Notes under the pieces: generated by a model
What the model was told of the DNA's origin: nothing
Databases searched by the model: none
What the model saw: the letters and a program-made list of their open reading frames with translations, nothing else
Assembly: GCA_965240325.2 (NCBI GenBank)
Contig: OZ251230.1
Location: 1,922,001-1,986,000 of the forward strand
DNA: 64,000 bases
Direction of reading: 5' to 3'
Source: Rebecca billardiae RCC1528
Lineage: Eukaryota > Protista > Haptophyta
Shown here: positions 57,985-64,000 of the stretch, one piece after another
How the letters are laid out: every line of letters starts with the position of its first letter
Position numbering within the stretch: position 1 is the first letter of the stretch
Position numbers and translations under genes: made by a program

Positions 57985-59663
57985 ATGGGCGGCATGGCGC
58001 GCGTGACGGCCAGGCGGAGAGTGGGCCAGCCCCCCTTTTGCCTGGCGACGGCCTTGCTGGCGCTCTGGGCGCTCGCGGCGATCGTGCTGTGGCCAAGCGT
58101 GCCCGAGCAGCTCGTCGAGACATCGTCCTGCGTGCCGATCGAGCGCGTGCTCTGGGCTCCACACGTCGTCACCGCGCACTTTGGCGTCACGCCCGCGCTC
58201 GTGCGCGTCGACCGGTCGGGCAAGATCGGCGCGGTGCAGGCGGCGTCGTTGCGCGAGGCGGAGCAGTACGGGCGTGAGCACGGCCTCCCCGTCGAGCCGC
58301 ACCCGGGCGTGACCATCTCGCCGGGCGTCATCGACGCGCGCGTGCAGCTCTCCACGCCCGGCCGCGACGCGTCGAGCTTCTACCACGCGACGCGCGCGGC
58401 GGCTGCGGGCGGCGTGACGACGATCATCGACGGCCCGTTCGGCTCGAAGCCGGTGGCGACGGACAAGCACGGGCTGCAGATGCACATGCGCGCCGCCGCG
58501 ACCGACCGCCTCTCCGTCAACGTCGGCTTCAAGGCGGGCATCTCGCCCGCGAGCGCACGAGACCCGCTCGCCCTGTTCGCTCTGGCGAGCGCGGGCGCGC
58601 TTGGCTTCTATGCCGTGATCTCGCCGGTGCACGAGGAGGTGGGCGTCGACCCGCTGGACATGGACGGGCTCATGGCCGCCGCGGAGACCGTCGCGCGCAC
58701 CGGCGTGCCGCTGCACGTGCGCGCCGAGCTCGGCGACGAGCAGACGCTGATGCAGACGCAGACGCAGGCGGTGAGGCGCGCCTGTGCCGCGCGCGCGCGC
58801 GACGCGCTCGGCGGGCGCTCTGACGCGTGCGTGGGCGCGTGCGCCCGCCCCCGGCCCCGCAGGTGTTCGAGTACGAGGCCGATCGCAACGAGCACGTCAC
58901 GCACTTCCGCACGCGCCCCGGCGAGTGGCAGGCGGCGGCGCTGCGCGGGCTCGCCGAGGTTGCGCGAGCGGTGCCGTCGTTGCGCTTGCACGCAGCCAAC
59001 GTGGTGTTGGCCGATTCGGACGCGACGGAGGCGCTCGCCGCGGCGCGCGCCGCGGGCGGGCCGCGCTTCAGCGCGGACACCACGCCGCACTACCTCGCCC
59101 TCGACGCGTTCGGCGTGCGCACCGGCGACACCCGGCTCAAGGCCGAGCCGGCGGTGCGCGACGAGGAGAACCGGGAGCGGCTGTGGGCCCTCTTGGCAGG
59201 CGGCCAGCTGGAGATGGTCTCGAGCGACCACGCGCCGTGCGTGGAGGAGCTGCGGGCCGGCGGGGACTTCCTCGCGGCGTGGGCGGGCGTGTCCGGCCTG
59301 CAGTTCCTGCTGCAGGCGACGTGGACGGAGGCGCGGCGACACGGGCACGACGTGGCCAGGCTGGCGCGCTGGCTCTCCGAGAAGCCCGCAGAGTTGGCCG
59401 GAATACGCGGCAAGGGGCGCATCGAGGTGGGCGCCGATGCCGACCTCGTGCTGTGGGACCCGACCGCGCGCGTGCGCCCGCCGCACGCCGAGTACCACCG
59501 CGTGCCCGGCCAGTCGCCCTGGGCCAACGTCACCCTGTACGGCCGCGTCGAGGAGACGCTGGTGGGAGGCGTGCCCGTCTTCTCGCACGGCCGGCACACG
59601 AGCCGCTTCTGCGGCGCCGTGCTGCTCGGCCACTCGGCGCACACGGCCGGGGCGACGTGGTGA
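57985..59663 (+). CDS. Allantoinase/dihydroorotase-family amidohydrolase homologue (exons 57985-58770 and 58863-59663), probably non-catalytic
   Basis: PGVID, TRAAAAGGVTTIIDGP, TTPHYL, LKAEPAVRDEENRERLW, SSDHAP, KGRIEVGADADLVLWDP. A 92-bp GT-AG intron joins the two ORF frames. Confidence 0.88.
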
Positions 59664-59967
59664 CGCCCGACGCGCGCTGGCGGGCGCCGCCGTCCGCTCG
59701 ATGATGCTGCCGATCGTCTGCTAAGCAGCAGCACTCTCAGACGGGCGGGCTCGCCGCCCGGGCGGCGATCGCCTTGTCACAATGGCTGACAGCGATGCCG
59801 GCCACCGGTCGTGACTCGAGGTGCCTGTCAGCGCCTCAGCGGCGGCGTTTTGGTGAGCGCTCACCGCTCAAAGCCCAGTGGCAGTTCTTTATTGACTTCC
59901 GGCGCAGTGCTTGCTTCCCCGTTTTCAGTTTGGCTGCTGGCTGGCGGCGGGCGGCACCGCGGCAGTG

Positions 59968-61608
59968 ATGAGGGCGCGCTTCCTCGCCAGCGAGTGGTGC
60001 GCCTACTCGACGGTGCGGCTTGTGCGCATCCACGACCCGAAGCTGGCGGTGCTGCACTACGCATTCCAGCTCTGCGTCCTCGCGTACGTGCTCGCCGTCC
60101 CTCTCTGGCTCAACAAGGGTTACCTCGTCACCGACGCGCCGACCGGCGCGGTCCGCATGAACCTGCTCAAGCCGTGCGCGCCGCCGTTCGAGGAGTGCCA
60201 CTCGCAGTGGCAGCAGCACGCGACACCGGCGTCGGAGCTCGCGTACTGCGTCGTGCCCGACGCCGAGGCGCAGGACGAGCGCGGGCCGCGCCTGCCCTGC
60301 CTCTACCTGGACCAGTTCGACGCCGTGTGGCCGCCGTCCGTTGGCGCGAGCGCGTTCGTCACGACGCGCGTGTCGGAGACGAACCAGAGCCGGCACTGCA
60401 GCGTGCGCGACTACGCGTGCGAGTTCACGCCGCGCACGAGCTCGAGCCCCGCCAACTCGTACTTCGTCGCCGACGTGGACGCCTTCACGCTCCGCGTCGA
60501 CCACGCGGTGCGATCGGCCAGCCTCGGCCTGCGCACGGTGAGCGCGCAGCGGCTGCGCGGCGACGTGGTGCGCTGCGTGAGCGGGACGGCGTGCTCGCCG
60601 GTGAGCCCCTCCCACTGGGAGGTTGTGCACGAGTTCGTCCCCGGCGAGCCCGACATCCTGCCGCTCGGCTCGCTCCTGGCGACCGCGTCGGTCGGCGACG
60701 AGGTCGGCGCGTCCCTCGACGACGCGGCGGCGGACGACGACTCGGGCGCGTCGCTGCGGCACGAGGGCGTGGTACTGATGCTGTCGGTGCAGTACGACAA
60801 CACCGGCACGCTGATCCCCGGCTCCGGCCCGCGGCACACGCTCTTCGGCGACCCGAACGACAATATCCGGTACCGCTGGCGGCTGAGGCTGCTGCCGGAG
60901 CTCAGGTTCAAGGTGGAGGAGGCGGCGGGCGCGGGCGCGGCCGCCGGCGCGTTTCCGTCGCTCGGCGCGGCGGGGGCGGCGCTCCGCGTCGTGCGCTCGC
61001 GCCACGGCGTGCTGATCGTCGTCGTGCAGACGGGCACGCTCGGCGCCTTCTCCTTCTCCGCGCTGCTGCTGCAGCTCACCACGTCGCTCACGCTGCTCGC
61101 GCTCGCCACGTTCGTGGTTGACACGATCGCGTGCTACGTGCTGCGCGAGCGCCGGAGGTACCGCGGCGCAAAGTACCTCGTCGCGCGCGGCGGCGGGCAC
61201 GCGGGCTGCGCGGGCGGCGGCGCCTCGGGCACGACGCAGCTCGCCGACGACGGAGCGCGCGGCCGCGCCGCGCGCTCGGCCGAGCAGCACCACAGCGCGC
61301 TGCTGCAGCAGGCCGACAACTACGCCGAGTACATTGGCTATGGCTCGGCGGATGATGGCGGAGGGCCCTTGCCCGCGATCGTGATCTCCAACTCGACGCT
61401 CGCGGCGGCGGAGTCGTGGACGCAGTTCCCGGAGGTGGAGCACTCGCCGGGCCCGTGGTCGCCGCCTCGTGACAGCCTGCTGGACGTACTGGAGCCTGGA
61501 CGCGGCGCTGCCGCAGGGGGCACGGCAGCCACCGGAGCCGCCGCGGCAGGCACCTCGTCCGCAGCGCCGCATCTGGGCCATCTGTCGTCTTCGCATCCGC
61601 AGCAATAA
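59968..61608 (+). CDS. P2RX: P2X receptor (ATP-gated cation channel family), intronless
   Basis: N-terminal YSTVR (YxTxK/R), TM1 ending in KGY, Cys-containing ectodomain, HGVLIVVVQTGTLGAFSF, TM2 LLALATFVVD. Confidence 0.88.
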   Translation: MRARFLASEWCAYSTVRLVRIHDPKLAVLHYAFQLCVLAYVLAVPLWLNKGYLVTDAPTGAVRMNLLKPCAPPFEECHSQWQQHATPASELAYCVVPDAEAQDERGPRLPCLYLDQFDAVWPPSVGASAFVTTRVSETNQSRHCSVRDYACEFTPRTSSSPANSYFVADVDAFTLRVDHAVRSASLGLRTVSAQRLRGDVVRCVSGTACSPVSPSHWEVVHEFVPGEPDILPLGSLLATASVGDEVGASLDDAAADDDSGASLRHEGVVLMLSVQYDNTGTLIPGSGPRHTLFGDPNDNIRYRWRLRLLPELRFKVEEAAGAGAAAGAFPSLGAAGAALRVVRSRHGVLIVVVQTGTLGAFSFSALLLQLTTSLTLLALATFVVDTIACYVLRERRRYRGAKYLVARGGGHAGCAGGGASGTTQLADDGARGRAARSAEQHHSALLQQADNYAEYIGYGSADDGGGPLPAIVISNSTLAAAESWTQFPEVEHSPGPWSPPRDSLLDVLEPGRGAAAGGTAATGAAAAGTSSAAPHLGHLSSSHPQQ

Positions 61609-62248
61609 CATCGGCGGTTGAGCCTGGCACGTGCTAGGAGTATATGTCGTGATATATGATGATATATATACGGCTATAGCAGGCACCGCCGCGCCAATAA
61701 TTCGCGTAGTCGTCAATAATAAATAACTCAGTCGCATTATTTATATAAATATATATATTATATTTATATAGTAATAATAGTATAACTCAGCGGCCGTCAC
61801 CATCGGCATCGTCATCGTGATCGAGTACGTCCGTCAAGCCTCAAGGCTACTTCGGACTGCTAGCTAGTCAAGACCGTCATCATGTCGTCGGCGTCGTGTC
61901 ACGATACTGCTGGCATCGCGACGATAAGCTTAGCCGGGCAGTAATAATAAGCAGGCCTATTATAAGGGCCAGTACGTATTCTATTCAGCAGTAGCAGTAA
62001 GCCGTCGCCCCGCGGCCCGCCCCGCAGCCCGGGCCGGCCGGCGGATTGGCGCGGCAGTCACTCGGTCCGCGCGGCGGGAGCGGGGCGGACGTGAGCCACG
62101 ACTGGGCCCTGGGGCCCTGGCACAATAAGGCGGACGACGAACTGCGATGATGCGTAGTAGTCACTGTGTTGATGCTGCTGCTGCCTGATGATGAAGCCTG
62201 ATGAGTGAATATCACTATCAGTGATGATGACGTGATGACGATGCCGAT

Positions 62249-63415
62249 TCACGTCGATCGCTTGCGATTGCTCATCGCCTGAAGAACGCGTGCCAGGAGC
62301 GGCGCGAGCTCGGGGTCACGCGCGTACTCGCCAAGCCGCGACGGATCCGCCTGGATCGCCGCCAACGCGCGCGCCACGCGCGGGTCACGGGCAATGGCTG
62401 CCACCTCGGCGAGAGCGCGCGGGCTCGCCGCGAGTCGCGCACGCATGGCAGCGGCAGCCGGGTCGGCGTCAGGATCGCCACCGTCATCGGCGCTCGAGAC
62501 GCGCCCAGCCTCGTCGGGCCCTTCCATGCCCAGCAGTGTCGCCGGCGCGGCGCGCGGGAGGAGCGCGTGGAAGAGCACACCTTGGTCGTCGCCTTCGTCA
62601 CGGCCTGTGCGGGCCAGGAGTGCCGCTGCCGCGGCTGCGCCCTCACCGCCCTCGGCGCCACCACCGCTGGCGGCACCCACTGTGTATGAACCGCCCTCGC
62701 AGTGCACGACCCCCTCCGCATCATCGTCACAGCGCCAGCGGAGCGTGTCCAGGGCGAGGACGTGCAGCGCACTCGCGTTGTCGTACGTCGGCGAGCACAG
62801 CGCGGCGATCTCGCGCACGCCGATCGTGCCGCCACTGCTGCCGCCACTGCTGCCGCCGTGAGCCCATGCGCACGGCTCGTACACACGCACGGGCCGACGC
62901 AGCTCGTTGGCGAGGGCGACGAGCTCGGCGCCGCCGGCCCACTCACCGAGCTCGTACACACGCCGCAGGTACTCGATCGACGTCGCGCCCGGACCCAGCC
63001 GTCGCTTCGCAGCCATCGCGACTAGGTCCCCCGCGGCGATCGTCGCCCGGCCGCCAAGGATGAGGTGCCGGCCGCGCGAGGCGAGGGCTTCGACGGCGAG
63101 CTCGCGGAGGCGCATGGCGAGCGGCGGAAGGAACGGCGAGAGCATCCCAGTGTCGACGCCGTCCTCAGCGAACCTCAGCGCGATGCCCACAGCATGGTAG
63201 AGGCTGTCGCCGCCTGCGAGCGTGCGCGCCACGCCAAATGCGCGCGCAGGCGGCCCCGACGCGGGCGCGCCAGGCCCCACGGTCACGAGTGGGTACGTGG
63301 GCGTGCAAAGACCACGCGGGGAGCCGCCATCTAAATCTTCGCAGGAGATGGACCGCGCGCGCAGCCGCGACGAGCAACAGAGCGCACACGCGCCGAGGAG
63401 GCCCGCGGCGCGCAT
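62249..63415 (-). CDS. OTU-like domain plus C-terminal STI1/DP domain protein, catalytic Cys absent
   Basis: GGDSLYHAV (cf. GDGNCLFRA), WAGGAELVALANELRRPVRVY, DPRVARALAAIQADPSRLGEYARDP. The start may instead be 63472. Confidence 0.65.
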   Translation of the reverse strand: MRAAGLLGACALCCSSRLRARSISCEDLDGGSPRGLCTPTYPLVTVGPGAPASGPPARAFGVARTLAGGDSLYHAVGIALRFAEDGVDTGMLSPFLPPLAMRLRELAVEALASRGRHLILGGRATIAAGDLVAMAAKRRLGPGATSIEYLRRVYELGEWAGGAELVALANELRRPVRVYEPCAWAHGGSSGGSSGGTIGVREIAALCSPTYDNASALHVLALDTLRWRCDDDAEGVVHCEGGSYTVGAASGGGAEGGEGAAAAAALLARTGRDEGDDQGVLFHALLPRAAPATLLGMEGPDEAGRVSSADDGGDPDADPAAAAMRARLAASPRALAEVAAIARDPRVARALAAIQADPSRLGEYARDPELAPLLARVLQAMSNRKRST

Positions 63416-63638
63416 CCTGCTTCCGCTCCCACACAGCGGCGGCGGAAATGTGAAATGGAAATCGCGCGACATTGTTTAGCCGGTGTAGTCTCTCAGATTC
63501 TACTTAAGTTAGTAGTACAAACTGTACTCGCCACACGGCCTGATGCAGCCAGGTTGTCTCAGGTCACAGGTGCCGATCGAGCAGCTCCGGGACAGCACGT
63601 GTGCCCCTGCGCGCCTGCGGACAGCGACCCACGCCTCA

Positions 63639-64000
63639 TCATGCGGGGCCGCCAGGCGCGCTCGGCGCGAGGTAGGAGCTGGCGGGTGTGGCCGCGGCCA
63701 TGGCGGGCTGCGCTGGGCTCGTGAGTGCGCCGAGCAGTGTCTGGATGTGCCCGGCCACCTCGCGGTTCGTGTCCATCAGGCTGCGGAAGTCGTCCACCTT
63801 GAAGTTGGACAGCACCTTGGCGAGCGCGTCCCGGTCCTTCATGGTCTTGAGCTGCGACTTGAGCTCATCGCCCTCCTGCGCGCGCGGGGCACGCACGCGC
63901 GGCGCGCGCGCGCGCGGTCGGCGGCGGTCGGCGCGGCCCGGCGGTCGGCGCGGGGCGTCGCGCGTGCGCGGCGGCACGCACCGACTGCGCCGAGGTGAGG
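63639..64000 (-). CDS. 3' end of a hypothetical gene running off the window (last exon 63875-63639, intron 63981-63876)
   Basis: Coding-like EGDELKSQLKTMKDRDALAKVLSNFKVDDFRSLMDTNREV preceded by a CG-rich GT-AG intron. Confidence 0.65.
   Translation of the reverse strand, partial: SPRRSRCVPPRTRDAPRRPPGRADRRRPRARAPRVRAPRAQEGDELKSQLKTMKDRDALAKVLSNFKVDDFRSLMDTNREVAGHIQTLLGALTSPAQPAMAAATPASSYLAPSAPGGPA

Noticed and set aside
59836-61737. 633-aa minus-strand ORF
   Set aside because: Antisense shadow of the P2X gene.

Overview
Very GC-rich eukaryotic nuclear DNA. It has short, CG-rich GT-AG introns with GTGCGC-type donors and CGCAG-type acceptors. This fits a haptophyte-like alga (Pavlovales-type composition), but that is inference and cannot be confirmed here. 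The window has two compartments. (1) About 1-33.6 kb is a dense nest of non-autonomous TIR elements: long foldbacks and MITEs with readable 4-, 5-, 7-, 8-bp and TA target-site duplications, several nested inside one another and carrying gene-like spacer fragments. It also holds a 5'-truncated RLE-type non-LTR retrotransposon remnant and four intronless genes (SDR, flavin amine oxidase, amino-acid transporter, MATE). No transposase is encoded in the window. (2) About 33.9-64 kb is gene-dense. It contains a head-to-head arsJ (one intron) and ArsJ-type GAPDH pair with an adjacent Prx5 peroxiredoxin, a glycosyltransferase-like gene and an NPC1-like gene with 5-6 tandem N-terminal Cys-rich domains. 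It also contains UFSP, an allantoinase homologue lacking its metal ligands, a P2X receptor and an OTU-STI1 protein lacking the catalytic Cys. Best candidate system: a eukaryotic, physically linked GAPDH-ArsJ arsenate-efflux module. All alignments were done by eye.
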